This document shows positions 1 to 11,120 of a stretch of DNA of 64,000 nt, in pieces. Each line of letters begins with the position of its first letter. Position 1 is the first letter of the stretch. The notes under the pieces were generated by a model that saw only the letters and a list, made by a program, of their open reading frames with translations, ran no database searches and had not been told where the DNA came from. The position numbers were made by a program, and so were the translations under genes. Source of the DNA: an uncultured Chloroflexia bacterium (GTDB lineage Bacteria > Chloroflexota > Limnocylindria > QHBO01). The stretch lies in assembly GCA_963827475.1 (NCBI GenBank), contig CAWHAZ010000005.1, positions 736,001 to 800,000 on the forward strand, written 5' to 3'.

Positions 1-2261
1 CTCTGCCCGGCCCGCCCGGAGCTCACCGATCGCCGTGCGGCGTGGGGCGGTGGCCGGCGGAGTTTCTCGAGCGTGGTCCTCGATCCGCTGCCGGCGGACG
101 CGACCGGACAACTCGTCGATCACCTGCTCACGGTCGAGGACCTTCCCGAGGATCTCCATGCGCGGATCGTCGAGCGCGCGGGCGGCAATCCGTTCTTCGT
201 CGAAGAGATCCTCCGACACCTCATCGACGGCGGGCACATCGTCCGCACGGCGACTGGCTGGCGCGCCGAGTCAGGGGTAGGCGAAGTCGCCATCCCGGAC
301 ACCGTGCAGGGAGTGCTCGCTGCGCGCATCGACCTCCTTGACGGCGCCGAGAAGCGGGCTCTCCAGGCGGCGGCGGTCGTGGGTCGCGTGTTCTGGCCGG
401 CCCCGGTGGCGCGATTCCTCGGATCCCGGCCCTCGGACCTCGACGGTCCGCTTCGCAGCCTCGAGGCCGCGACCTCGTCCTCCCACGACTGGCCTCGACG
501 ATGGCGGGGCAGCCGGAGTTCATCTTCAAGCACGCCCTCGTCCGTGACGTCGCCTACGAGAGCATTCCACGCCGGGACCGGGCCGAGGCGCATCTCCAGG
601 TGGCGGCGTGGATCGAGGAGGTCATCGGCGAGCGGCGACTGGAAGTCGTCGAGCTGCTGGCCTACCACTATGCGGAGGCCCAGCGCGCCGTCGCTTGGGC
701 GAACGTCGAACCAGACAGGCGGGACGAGATTCGGGCGCGCGCCGTGACCGTTCTCTACGAGGCTGCCTGGGAGGCGGCTCGCCATGTCGCCATGGAGCGG
801 GCCCGCGAGCGCGCGGAGACGGGACTCGAGCTGGCGAGCGAGCCCTCTGGAGCGGGCCCGCGGACTGGAGATCCTCAGCCCCTTGCACCTGTGGGTCGAT
901 GACGGTGATCTCGCATGGCGCCTGGCATGCGAGGCCATCGACCTGCGGTCGGCCGCCGGGCCGCGGGACGCCGAAGAGCGCCGGGCCATCGCCGCGGCAT
1001 GCGTCCAAGCGCTGGCGATCCCGACCCGATGGCCGGGGATCATGCGCACGCTCCCGACCCGTGACGAGGCGGCTCCGTACCTCGAGCTCGGCATGCGCAA
1101 CCTGGCCGAGGGCGACAACGAGGAACGCGTCGGGATGCTCATGGCGCAGGGCGCCTGGAGCTGGGGATTCGGCGAGGCGATCACCGATCCCGACGTCCTG
1201 GCCGCTGACCGCCGTGCGGCCGAGGAGGCGGTGGCGATCGCCCGGCGGATGGGGAATTCCCACCTGCTGTCGGGAGCGCTCGACACGCTTGGGGCCACCG
1301 GCAGTCTGCTCGATGGGTATCGCGGGGTCTTGGCTCCCCAGCTGGAGCGTCTGGAGCTCATCCCGCAGTTGGATGACGTCGCGGAAATCACGGATATCTA
1401 TGGCACGAGCGCCTGGGGCCTGGCCCACATCGGCGAATTCCGACGGGCAGCCGAGTTCGGTCAGCTCGGGCATGCAGGTGGTCGAAGAGATGCGGCACTT
1501 GAACTACGTCCCCGGCGGGTTCCTCGGCTTCAGTCAATATCCGGCTCGGCGAATGGGACCGTTTCTGGGACACGTTCGGCCGGGTCGATGCCCTGTTCGC
1601 CGCTGATCGGGCCCTGCGCTACCACGCCTTTCGCATCTACGGCGTGGCGGCGTACATCAGCGAGATCACCGGGGACTCCGATGGGGCGGATCGGTTCATC
1701 CAGCGACTCGACGGTTCGCAGGAGGCACTCGGCGCGGTCGGCGTATCCGGCGCGCGGCGTGGATCGCCGGTGTCCTGGTCCGGCGCGGCTTGTTCGCCGC
1801 GGCTCGTGAGCGATTGGCCGTCGTCGATCCTGTCCGCGAAATCCAGAATCGCGATCTCGATTACGAAGCGTGGGCCGATCTGATCGCAGCCGAGGGCACG
1901 TGGGACGAGGCGCCGCCGGTGGTCCGTGGATCGCGCGAATGGGCGGCGAGCACGGGGCTCCGGTTCCTTCCCGCGGTCGCCGATCGGCTCGACGGGCCAG
2001 GCCGCGCTGGCCGCCGGCCGATCCGCAGGGGGCGATTCCTGCCCTCGAACAAGCCCGGACCACCTTCCTCGAGCTCGAGGCTCCGTGGGACCGCGCCAGG
2101 ACCGAGCTCGCCCTCGCCCGTGCCCTCGCGGCTGTCGGCCGGCCGGCGGAGGCGCGCCGAGCCTGGCGCGCGCCGCACTGGACACGTTCACGAACCTTCG
2201 CGCGACGCGCGAAACGGGGGAGGCCGAAGGACTGCTGGCGGAGACCGCCGCACCGGCCTGA
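1..2261 (+). CDS. C-terminal part of a large AAA-ATPase/TPR (adenylate cyclase-associated) regulator; frameshifted, 5' end outside window
   Basis: Motifs 'RAGGNPFFVEE', 'IPDTVQGVLAARID', 'FIFKHALVRDVAY' and helical TPR-like segments spread across ORFs 73-747, 501-902, 784-1809 and later frames; last stop at 2259-2261. Confidence 0.8.
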
Positions 2262-2324
2262 GCGTGACCGTTCTAGGTCGGCGACCGAGCGCGCGCGAGT
2301 GCGCGAGATGCTCGAGCGGGTCCC

Positions 2325-3569
2325 CTACGGGAGGTTGGCGAGCAGCTCGCCCAGCGATTGTTCCAGGCGGTCGTACCCGAGGTGGGCCTGGCCGATCGCG
2401 AAGTTGTGCTCGGCGTCCGCCTCGATCTGCGCCGGATCGGCGAGGAGGGCGCGGACGGCCGCGGCGGTCGCATCGGTGACCACGCCGTCGATCTCGACGA
2501 ACCGGAAGCCGAGCGGGCGGATATCGGCCTCATACACCGGGTAGCGGTTCACGAACACCGGCTTGCCGAAGAACACCGCCTCGAGCAGCGCGTTGCCGAA
2601 TCCCTCGTACAGGCTGGGATAGGCGATGAGATCGGCAGCGACATACGCCTCGGTGAGGGAGTGCGCCGGTCCGATCGGCCGGCCCTCGTGGTCGGGCGCG
2701 AACCGGTCAGCCGCGTAGCGCAGGTTGACCTTGGCGCGCTCCGCTCGCCGCTCGAGGGAGATCAGGTAGTCGAGGCCCTCGTCGCCGGCGGGACTGGTGA
2801 TGAGCACCACCGCGTCGGGGTCGCCGACCTTGCCGGCGAGGTCGATCGTCAGCTCGATGCCCTTGCGCGGCACGACCCGCGTGGGCTGGACGATGAGGAG
2901 CCCGGCCTCGCCCATGCCGAGCTCGGCCCGCATGTCCCGCCGCACATCCGGGCGCGGCGCCGGGCGCGGATGGTCGAAGTCGAAGACGTTGGGGATGACC
3001 GTGGAGGCCGCGCCGGTCCGCTGCTGGAGACTGGCCGCGGCGAGGGAGCTGATGCTCACGTGCCGAACGCGCGGAAGGATCGGCGGAAAGGCCGCATCGA
3101 GGACATCGGGAACGACGCAGTGGGCGAAGCGTTCGCGCTCCCACCAGTAGTCGTGGTTGTGACTGATCGTCGGCAGGCTCGTCTTCTCGACGAGCTCGCG
3201 CAGGGCCACGGCCAGCGGCAGCTGCATCGGGATGGCCCACGCGTTCTCGACGATCAGCAGTTGGAGGCGCTCGGTCTCGACCCAGGCGTCGAGCACGGGA
3301 AGCAGCTGGTCGGCCAGGCGCTGGATCTCGCGCCGCACGGCATCCGCGTCACTGTCCGGGTCGAAGGCGGCGGCCGTGACCCGGGCCGCCGGAGGGTGCG
3401 CGAAGTGCATGGCCGGCACCAGCCGGGCGGTGGAGCGGAGGGCGTCGACCTCTCCGGCGCAGAGGCGCACGTGGTGCCCCATCCGTTCCAGGACCACCTC
3501 CCACTTGGCGGTCTCGAAGGTCACGCCGTCAACACCGGCCAGCCGGGTGGCCACGATTCCAATCCGCAT
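2325..3569 (-). CDS. GT4 family glycosyltransferase (mannosylglucosylglycerate synthase-like)
   Basis: 'GVDGVTFETAKW', 'HDYWWER', 'QPTRVVPRKGIE', 'YPSLYEGFGNALLEA'. Confidence 0.85.
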   Translation of the reverse strand: MRIGIVATRLAGVDGVTFETAKWEVVLERMGHHVRLCAGEVDALRSTARLVPAMHFAHPPAARVTAAAFDPDSDADAVRREIQRLADQLLPVLDAWVETERLQLLIVENAWAIPMQLPLAVALRELVEKTSLPTISHNHDYWWERERFAHCVVPDVLDAAFPPILPRVRHVSISSLAAASLQQRTGAASTVIPNVFDFDHPRPAPRPDVRRDMRAELGMGEAGLLIVQPTRVVPRKGIELTIDLAGKVGDPDAVVLITSPAGDEGLDYLISLERRAERAKVNLRYAADRFAPDHEGRPIGPAHSLTEAYVAADLIAYPSLYEGFGNALLEAVFFGKPVFVNRYPVYEADIRPLGFRFVEIDGVVTDATAAAVRALLADPAQIEADAEHNFAIGQAHLGYDRLEQSLGELLANLP

Positions 3570-3627
3570 GGACCGATCCTAGCGACCCTCGAAGGTCCTT
3601 CGAGCCGGTCGCTACACTCCCCGGGCC

Positions 3628-5070
3628 ATGCCGCCATCCCAGTCGCTGCCCGTGGTCGCCATCGTCGGCCGCCCGAACGTGGGCAAGTCGACGCTGTTCA
3701 ACCGCATGGTCGGGGAGCGTGCGGCCATCGTGGAAGACACGGCGGGCACGACCCGGGACCGGGTCTATGGCGAGTCGGACTGGAACGGCCGCCGGTTCAT
3801 GATGGTCGACACCGGCGGGCTCGAGCTCGAGCCGGGCACGAGCATCGAGGAGCGGGTCCAGGACCAGGCACGGGTCGCGATCGAGGAGGCCGATGTCGTC
3901 CTGTTCGTGGTCGACGCCGCGGCCGGGCTGGCCCCGCTGGACCACGAGGTCGCGGACCGCCTGCGACGGGCGCACCGCCCGACGATCCTGGTCATCAACA
4001 AGGCCGACAACCCGCGACGCGAGGCGGAGGGCGCCGAGTTCTACGCGCTCGGGTTCGACCCGGCGATCACGATCAGCGCCCAGCACGGGCGGAACACCGG
4101 AGACCTCGCCGATCTCATCGTCGAGCACCTGCCACCGGCTCCGGCGGAGCCGGAGCCATCGGTCTCCGTGGACGACCTTGCGGACGACCCGCCGACCGAT
4201 GACGAGCTGGCCGAGCTGGCGGAGACCGATGTCGGTCCGCCGCGGGTGGCGATCGTCGGCCGGCCGAACACCGGCAAGTCGACCCTGGTCAACCGCGTCC
4301 TCGGCCACGAGCGGATGATCGTGAGCGACGTGCCGGGCACGACCCGGGACGCGATCGATGCCGAGGTCGTGGTCGAGGGCGAGCCGATGGTGCTGGTCGA
4401 CACGGCCGGCATCCGGCGCCGCGGCTCCATCCAGCGTGGGACGGAGAAGTACAGCGTGCTGCGCAGCCTGAAGGCGATCGATCGAGCGGACGTGGCGGTG
4501 GTCCTGACCGATGCCATCGAGGGCTTCACCGCCCAGGACGCCCACGTGGTGGGGTACGTGCTGGAGGCGGGCAAGGGCCTGGTCCTGGTCATCAACAAGT
4601 GGGACGCGATCGAGCGCGACGAGAAGACCGCCGACGACTGGCTCCGGAAGCTGCGGCGCGACGCCCCCTACCTCGAGTGGGCCGAGATCATGTTCGCCTC
4701 CGCCCTGACCGGGCACCGGGTGGACCGCATCCTGCGCCAGGCGCGCCGCGTGGCCGAGGAGCGCTACCGACGGGTGCCGACCGCGGACGTCAACCGGGTG
4801 GTCGGGGACGCGGTCGCCGCCCATACGCCGCCCACGGCACGGGGGAAGCGGGCACGGGTCCTGTACGCCACCCAGGTCGCGGTCGCGCCACCGACGTTCG
4901 TGATCTTCGTCAACGACCCCGAGCTGTTCCACTTCTCGTACCGGCGCTACCTCGAGAACCGGCTGCGGGACGCGTTCGGCTTCGCGGGCACGCCAATCCG
5001 GCTCCGGTTCCGTGCCCGGGCCAACGGGGAACGCCCGCGCCGGGGCCGCGCGCGGGCCTCGGCCCGCTAG
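3628..5070 (+). CDS. der: Ribosome biogenesis GTPase Der (EngA)
   Basis: Two G-domains (GRPNVGKS/DTGG/NKAD and GRPNTGKS/DTAG/NKWD) plus C-terminal KH-like 'YRRYLENRLR...GTPIRL'. Confidence 0.97.
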   Translation: MPPSQSLPVVAIVGRPNVGKSTLFNRMVGERAAIVEDTAGTTRDRVYGESDWNGRRFMMVDTGGLELEPGTSIEERVQDQARVAIEEADVVLFVVDAAAGLAPLDHEVADRLRRAHRPTILVINKADNPRREAEGAEFYALGFDPAITISAQHGRNTGDLADLIVEHLPPAPAEPEPSVSVDDLADDPPTDDELAELAETDVGPPRVAIVGRPNTGKSTLVNRVLGHERMIVSDVPGTTRDAIDAEVVVEGEPMVLVDTAGIRRRGSIQRGTEKYSVLRSLKAIDRADVAVVLTDAIEGFTAQDAHVVGYVLEAGKGLVLVINKWDAIERDEKTADDWLRKLRRDAPYLEWAEIMFASALTGHRVDRILRQARRVAEERYRRVPTADVNRVVGDAVAAHTPPTARGKRARVLYATQVAVAPPTFVIFVNDPELFHFSYRRYLENRLRDAFGFAGTPIRLRFRARANGERPRRGRARASAR

Positions 5071-5094
5071 CCGGCGCGGCGTACCCTTCGCCGC

Positions 5095-6094
5095 GTGACG
5101 GAGCGGATCGCGGTCATCGGCGCCGGGGCGTGGGGGACGACCCTCGCCCGCATGCTGGCCGGTGCCGGGCATCCCGTCACGTTGTGGGCCCACCGGCCCG
5201 AGGCGGCGGCCGAGATGGCCCGCGACGGCCAGAACCGCCGCTACCTGCCCGACCATCCCTTTCCCGAGGGCCTGACCGTGACCGGCGAGGCGGCGGACCT
5301 CGGCGGCGCGCACGAGCTGTATGTCCTGGCCGTGCCCTCCGCCCACGCCCGGGCCACGCTGCAGCGGATCGGCGCTTCCTTGGCGCCGGGCGCCCCGTTC
5401 CTGTCGGTGGTCAAGGGGATCGAGGCCGGCAGCCAGGCGCGGATGAGCGAGGTGATCGCGGCGGAGGCGCCGGGTCGGGAGGTGGCCGTCCTCTCCGGGC
5501 CGAACCTGGCGGCGGAGATCGCCGCCGGTCGACCGGCCGGGTCGGTCGTGGCGGCATCGGATGTCGGACTGGCGGAGGAGGTGGCCGGCCTGCTCGGCTC
5601 GGATCGGTTCCGGGTCTACACCAACCCCGACCTCGTCGGCGTGGAGCTGGCGGGTGCCCTGAAGAACGTCATCGCCCTGGCGGCCGGGATGGTGGACGGC
5701 CTCGCGCTGGGCGACAGCGGGAAGGCGGCGATCATCACCCGCGGGCTGGCCGAGATGACCCGCCTGGGGGTGGCGGCCGGGGCCGATGCCCGCACGTTCG
5801 CCGGCCTCGCCGGCGTCGGAGATCTCATCGCCACCTGCATGAGCCAGCTGTCGCGCAACCGGCGCGCCGGGGAGCTGCTGGCGGCCAACCTGGCCTGGGA
5901 CGACGTCGCGGCGCGCCTCGGCGGGGTGGCCGAGGGGGAGTCGACCGTGACCGGCGCGATTGCGCTGGCGCGAGCGGCACGGGGTCGAGATGCCGATTGC
6001 CGAGCAGGTGGACGCGGTGATCCACCGCGGCCGCGCCCCGCTCGAGGCGCTCGCCACCCTCATGGCCCGCGCCCAGAAGGACGAGCTCAGCTGA
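5095..6094 (+). CDS. gpsA: NAD(P)H-dependent glycerol-3-phosphate dehydrogenase; one frameshift near 5975
   Basis: GAGAWG, SGPNLA, 'GALKNVIA', 'GDLIATC...SRNRR'; C-terminus 'VEMPIAEQV...MARAQKDELS*' in another frame. Confidence 0.93.
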
Positions 6095-8156
6095 TCTTCG
6101 GGGCCCCGTTGAGGTGGTACGGGACGTCGATCACGACCGTGTTCGCGCGCCAGAAGAGGCGCAGCTTGAGCCGGAGCGCCGTCTGGTTGTGGAGCGGGTA
6201 CTCCCACAGGTGGCGAGGCACGAACTCGGCGAGGACGACCGTCGTCGGACGGGTGGGGTCCATGGTCTCGGTGGCATCCAGGTAGGCGAGCAGCGGGGCC
6301 ATCAGGGCCCGGTACGGTGACTCGAGGATGACGAGCTTGACCGGGCCGCCCCACGCCTCCCATCGCTCGCGCATGGCGATCACCGCCTCGCCGTCGGTCG
6401 CGACGTGGACCGCGGTCACGTCATTCGAGATCGCGCGGGCGTAGGCCAGCGCGCCCAACGCGGCGCGGTCGATGCGGCTGACCGGGACGACCACCCGTGG
6501 CTCGCGCTGGGGCAGGGTCTCGCCGGTCTGGGTGACGGCGAGCATCCGTTCCACCGATCGGTAATGGCCATGGATGGCGGCCATGAGGCCCACCAACACC
6601 GGGATCAGGAGCAGGACCACCCACGCCCCAAGCCCGAACTTCGCGGCGCCGACCATGACCGCGACCGCCCCGGTCACCACGGCGCCGGCGCCGTTCAGCG
6701 CCGCCCGCCACCGCCAGCCCTGCTGCTCGAAGCGCAACCGCCACCAGTGGACGACCATCCCGGACTGGCTCAGGGTGAACGCGATGAACACGCCGATCGT
6801 GTACAGCGGGATGAGGTTCGTGACGCTGCCCTCGAAAGCGACGATCAGAAGCGCCGCCAAGCACCGACGAGGACCATGATCCCGACGCTGAACGACAGCC
6901 GGTCGCCGCGGAACTGGAACTGCCGCGGCATGAACCCGTCCTTGCCGAGGATGCTGGCCAGCCGCGGGAAGCCCGCATACGCGGTGTTGGCGGCGAGCAC
7001 CAGGAGCAGCGCCGTCGTCAGCTGCATGGCGTAGTGGAAGGGGCTGCCGGCGCCGACGAGGGTGCGCGTGATCTGGCTGATGACGGTCTCCTGTTCGGTC
7101 GGGTCGGGCACGATCCCGAGCTGGCTGGCGAGGAAGCTGATGCCGAGGAAGATCGTCGCGAAGAGCGCACCCATCATGATGCAGGACGCGCCGCGCGTTG
7201 CGTTGTCTCCGGCGGCCTGAAGGCCGGCACGCCGTTGGAGACGGCCTCGGTCCCGGTCAGCGCCACGGATCCGGACGCGAAGGCGCGAAGGATGAGCAGG
7301 ATGCCCGAGCGCCTGCGATCCATGGGCTTCGGCCCAGCCTGGCGGCGGGACATACGGTGGGAAGCCCATTCGCCGGCGTACAGCCAGAGGCCCAGGCCGA
7401 TCAGGGCGTAGATCGCCGACCAGGTAGACGAAGATCGGGAGCGCGAACACGTTCGCGCTTTCCCGGATGCCCCGCAGGTTGCCGATCCACAGCACCGCGA
7501 CGAAGCCGACGCCGAGCAGCACGCGGTAGTCGAACAGCCCGGGAAAGATCGATGTCAGGGCGGCCACCCCGGCCGCGATCGAGACGGCCACGGTGAGCAC
7601 GTAGTCGGTCATCAGCGCTCCCGCCGCGATCAGTCCCGCGCGGCGGCCGAGGTTCTCGCTGAGCCACGATGTACGAGCCGCCGCCGTTCGGGATAGGCGT
7701 GGATGGTCTGCTGGTAGCTGGTGACGACCACCGCCAGCACGATGACGATCGCGATGGTGAGCGGCATGGTGAGGGCCAGCGCGCCGGCCCCGGCCAGGAC
7801 GAGGACGCGCATGATCTCCTCGGTGGCATAGGCCGACGAGGAGATGTTGTCGGAGGCGAACACCGCCAGCCCCTTGACCGGCCCGACCCGCTCGTCGAGC
7901 TCGCGATCGCTCGCGATCCGGCGGCCGATCGCCACCCGCTGGAGGCGATGCGACCGCGCGGGCGACGAACGCCGGTGGGCTCGAGCACCCGCTCGGAGGC
8001 GACGAGGTGGCCCGGCGCCTCGCGCCGGAAGTCATCGGCGAACGGCTCGACGACCCGGACGTAGTGGTCGCCCGCGAGCCGGCCCTGGATCGGTCGGAGC
8101 TGGCGCAGATCGTGCGCCGGCTGGTGCGCGGCGTCGCCCTCCGCGGTCTCGGTCAT
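6087..8156 (-). CDS. APC family permease, KimA/YdaO-like K+ transporter; several frameshifts
   Basis: 'FASDNISSSAYATEE', 'GGGSYIV', 'AANTAYAGFPRL', 'LIPLYTIGVF', 'LESPYR', 'LHNQTALRLK'. Confidence 0.88.
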
Positions 8157-8407
8157 CGGACGGCCTCGACGGTGATGTCGCACCCGGTGTCGTCCGAGGG
8201 CCAGACGGCCCGGGCGGTGAGGCCCGCTTCCGCGGACATCGCCTGGGCGATCGGCAGCAGTCGCTCCGCGTCGTGGAACCCGATCAGGGTGACCTTCTGC
8301 GCCCCTCCGGCGACGATGAGGTCGATCGCCGAACGAACGTGTTGCAGGCCAGGATCGCGGTCGGTGATCTGCGCGCCGACGGTGATCGGTATGGCTGAGG
8401 CATCCAT
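8153..8407 (-). CDS. Small hypothetical protein, first gene of the APC permease operon
   Basis: 84-aa ORF with GAGGA RBS, stop overlapping the permease start. Confidence 0.6.
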   Translation of the reverse strand: MDASAIPITVGAQITDRDPGLQHVRSAIDLIVAGGAQKVTLIGFHDAERLLPIAQAMSAEAGLTARAVWPSDDTGCDITVEAVR

Positions 8408-8461
8408 ATCCTCACGATGTCACCGCCGCCAAGAGGAAACGGCGCTCCGACCCCTGTCAGA

Positions 8462-8479
8462 CGCTCAAGTTCCGCTCAA
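8462..8479 (-). promoter_or_regulatory. Tandem direct repeat TTGAGCG-N4-TTGAGCG, candidate OmpR/KdpE-type binding site
   Basis: Two identical 7-mers with 11-bp period upstream of the small ORF-APC operon and directly downstream of a KdpE-like gene. Confidence 0.5.
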
Positions 8480-8495
8480 ACTCGCCCGTGCTCGG

Positions 8496-9209
8496 CTAGG
8501 GCGGATTCCGAACTCGGTAGCCGACTCCCGGCTCCGCCACGAACAGATCAGCGAGCCTTCCGGTGCGGTCCGCGGCCGCCAGCTTCTTTCGGATCTGGCT
8601 GACGTACACGTGGATGTAGTGGTCCTCGCCGGCGTACGCCTCGCCCCACACCGCGCGGAGGAGCCGTCCGCGAGTCACCAGCCGACCGGGATGCGCCACC
8701 AGCTCGGACAGGATCTGGAACTCGCGCGGCACGAGGGCCACCGGAGCGTCGTCGACCCGCACCTCGTGGCGCACCGTGTCGATCTCCAGCGATCCGTTGC
8801 GGATGACGCCGCCCTGATCGGCGGCCGCTCCTCCGGTCCGCCGGAGGACGGCGCGGATTCGGGCGTGCAGCTCGGCGGTGCTGAACGGCTTGGTGACGTA
8901 GTCGTCCGCGCCGCGTTCCAGGGCCTCGACCTTGGTGGCCTCGCCGCCGCGTGCCGAGAGGACGACGATCGGGACCGTCCCTTCCTTCCGGATCCGCCGG
9001 ATGACGTCGAGCCCGTCGCGATCGGGCAGCCCCAGGTCGAGGAGCACGGCATCCGGCCGCCGAGCCGCCCACGCGCGCAGGGCGGCGGCGGCGGTAGCCG
9101 CCTCCGCCACCTGGTAGCCGTGGCCGCGCAGATTGCGGACGAGCTCGGCGCGCGTGCCCTCGTCGTCCTCAACGAGCAGGACCGTCGGGCCGGTGGTCTC
9201 CGCCGTCAT
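8496..9209 (-). CDS. kdpE: OmpR/KdpE-like response regulator
   Basis: REC domain 'LLDLGLPDRDG', 'GADDYVTKPF'; winged-helix 'YIHVYVSQIRKKL...EPGVGYR'. Confidence 0.88.
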   Translation of the reverse strand: MTAETTGPTVLLVEDDEGTRAELVRNLRGHGYQVAEAATAAAALRAWAARRPDAVLLDLGLPDRDGLDVIRRIRKEGTVPIVVLSARGGEATKVEALERGADDYVTKPFSTAELHARIRAVLRRTGGAAADQGGVIRNGSLEIDTVRHEVRVDDAPVALVPREFQILSELVAHPGRLVTRGRLLRAVWGEAYAGEDHYIHVYVSQIRKKLAAADRTGRLADLFVAEPGVGYRVRNPP

Positions 9210-9212
9210 CGG

Positions 9213-10775
9213 TCAGGCCCCGACTTCGGGCGGCTGGGGAGCGGCCGGCAGGTCGACCTCGACCGCCAGCCCGCCGAGCTCGCTCGGTAGCGCGCGCACG
9301 TCGCCGCCCATGGCCTCGACGAGGCCACGGACGACCGCCAGCCCCGTTCCGGTGCCCGTTCGTGCTCCGCCCGCGGGCGTTCCAGCCCGGTAGAACTTCT
9401 CGAACAGGTGGGGGAGCGCGTCTGCGGCAACGCCGGGGCCGCTGTCCTCGACGCGGATGCGGACCACCCCGTCCACCGGAGCTGCCCCGATCCGGATGCG
9501 ACCACCCGCTGGGACGAAGGCCGCGGCGTTGTCGAGCAGGTTGGCCAGGACCTGTCCCAGGAACACGGGATCGGCATACACCGGGGGCAGGTCATCCGGC
9601 CAGTCGTAGGCGAGCTGGCGACCGGTGAGACTGCTTCGGTATCGGTCCACCGCGCTGGTCACCGCCTCGTCAATGGCCAGGACCTCGCGATCCGCCCGCA
9701 GCGACCCGCCCTCGATCCGACCCAGATCGAGAAGGTTGGTCACCATCCGATTCAGGTGATCCGCCTCGCGGTCGATGGCCTCGGCGCTGGCCAGGCGATC
9801 CGCCTCCGGCACCGCTTCGGGCCCTTCGAGGATGGTCCCGGCGGCCGCGCGGATGGTGGCCAGCGGTGTCCGCAGATCGTGCGACACCGACTCGAGGAGG
9901 GCGGTCTTGGCCGCGTCACTCCGGCGCGCGACCTCCGCCGTCCGCGCTTCCGCGGCAAGCCGGTCCTGTTCGTAGGCCTGGCCGATCTGGTCGGCGGCGG
10001 CCGCGAGCAGGCGGGTCGCGCTCCGCCCCGGCTCACCGTCGTGCCGCGCGCGGACGGCCCAGATCGATCCCAAGCTCTCGCCGGCCGCCTCGATCACGAC
10101 GCGATACGCGCGCTGGTCCTGCTCCGTCGGCCTCGGGCCGGCCGGCGGATGGACCTGGATCCATCGCGCAGGCGTGTCTCCCGGCATGCGCCGCAGGACG
10201 ACGTGATCGACCGATGCGTCGGGCACGGCTCCCAGACCACCCGTATCGGTCACCACCCGCTCCCTGCCGCTCGGCCGAGCGAGCGCGACGAGGACCCGTT
10301 CCAGATCCGCCTCGGCCCGCACCGTGCCGGCGAGGTCTGCGAGCACGGTCGCCGTATCGGGCCGCGTCGCGAGTGTCCGGCTGATCCGGAACAGTGCCGT
10401 CGCTTCGTGCTCGCGCTCGATGGCCGCCTGGGCTCGGCTCCGCTGGGCGGCGGCCAGCTGTCCCACCGCGATCCCCAGGACGAGCAAGAGGATCAGGTTG
10501 AGCAACTCCCCCGGGTCGGAAACGGCCAGGGTGAAGTTCGGGTGGACGAAGAGGAAGTTGTAGAGCAGAAACGCGCCGATGGCGGTCGCGATCGCCGGCC
10601 ACACGCCGAGGTACACCGCGCTGGCCAGCACGGCGAGCAGGTACGTGGACGACGCATCGGGCACGCCGACCCCCCGCTCGAGGATCGCGACCAGCACCGA
10701 TGTCGCGGCCAGAAGCAGCGCGACCCCGATCGCGGCCCTGACCGCCGGGACCACCCAGGATCCCCGGATTGCCAC
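9213..10775 (-). CDS. KdpD-like sensor histidine kinase (DUF4118 membrane domain, GAF-like region, HisKA/HATPase; lacks N-terminal KdpD/Usp domains)
   Basis: 'YNFLFVHPNFTL' TM region, 'SVSHDLRTPLA', 'NLLDNA', 'DSGPG', 'GTGLA'; GTG at 10775 preceded by TACCAT. Confidence 0.87.
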   Translation of the reverse strand: MAIRGSWVVPAVRAAIGVALLLAATSVLVAILERGVGVPDASSTYLLAVLASAVYLGVWPAIATAIGAFLLYNFLFVHPNFTLAVSDPGELLNLILLLVLGIAVGQLAAAQRSRAQAAIEREHEATALFRISRTLATRPDTATVLADLAGTVRAEADLERVLVALARPSGRERVVTDTGGLGAVPDASVDHVVLRRMPGDTPARWIQVHPPAGPRPTEQDQRAYRVVIEAAGESLGSIWAVRARHDGEPGRSATRLLAAAADQIGQAYEQDRLAAEARTAEVARRSDAAKTALLESVSHDLRTPLATIRAAAGTILEGPEAVPEADRLASAEAIDREADHLNRMVTNLLDLGRIEGGSLRADREVLAIDEAVTSAVDRYRSSLTGRQLAYDWPDDLPPVYADPVFLGQVLANLLDNAAAFVPAGGRIRIGAAPVDGVVRIRVEDSGPGVAADALPHLFEKFYRAGTPAGGARTGTGTGLAVVRGLVEAMGGDVRALPSELGGLAVEVDLPAAPQPPEVGA

Positions 10776-10851
10776 GCGAGCATGGTAGGCGGCGCCGGGG
10801 ACTCGATCCGGCGGCTTCTCGTGGCGCCCGTGGCATACTGGCCCGACTCGA

Positions 10852-10929
<78 letters not shown>

Positions 10930-10947
10930 TCAATCTGAGCACGAAAT

Positions 10948-10977
10948 GGCCCCTCTCGGCCCGACGCCGGAGGGGCC
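10948..10977 (+). terminator. Hairpin after tRNA-Pro
   Basis: GGCCCCT...AGGGGCC inverted repeat followed by TCTCGTT. Confidence 0.55.
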
Positions 10978-11011
10978 TCTCGTTGGGCCTGTAACGGCCA
11001 GGATGCGCTCA

Positions 11012-11051
11012 CGACCTCTCGAAGAGCCTAGGAAGCCCAGGTGGGCGTCGA
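11012..11051 (+). repeat. Island repeat copy R1 (diverged)
   Basis: CGACCTCTCGAAGAGCCTAGGAAGCCCAGGTGGGCGTCG. Confidence 0.75.
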
Positions 11052-11120
11052 GATCTGACGCATACTGCGCCGCGTGGAGCGGGAGCTCCCCAGCGGAGCC
11101 CTTCGGAGGACGGAGCGACC

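Noticed and set aside
3529-6363. Very long antisense ORFs (also 26936-29701, 40768-43440 alternative frame, 54078-56552)
   Set aside because: Shadow ORFs expected in very GC-rich DNA; they overlap clearly identified genes and have Arg/Pro/Gly-rich composition without family motifs.
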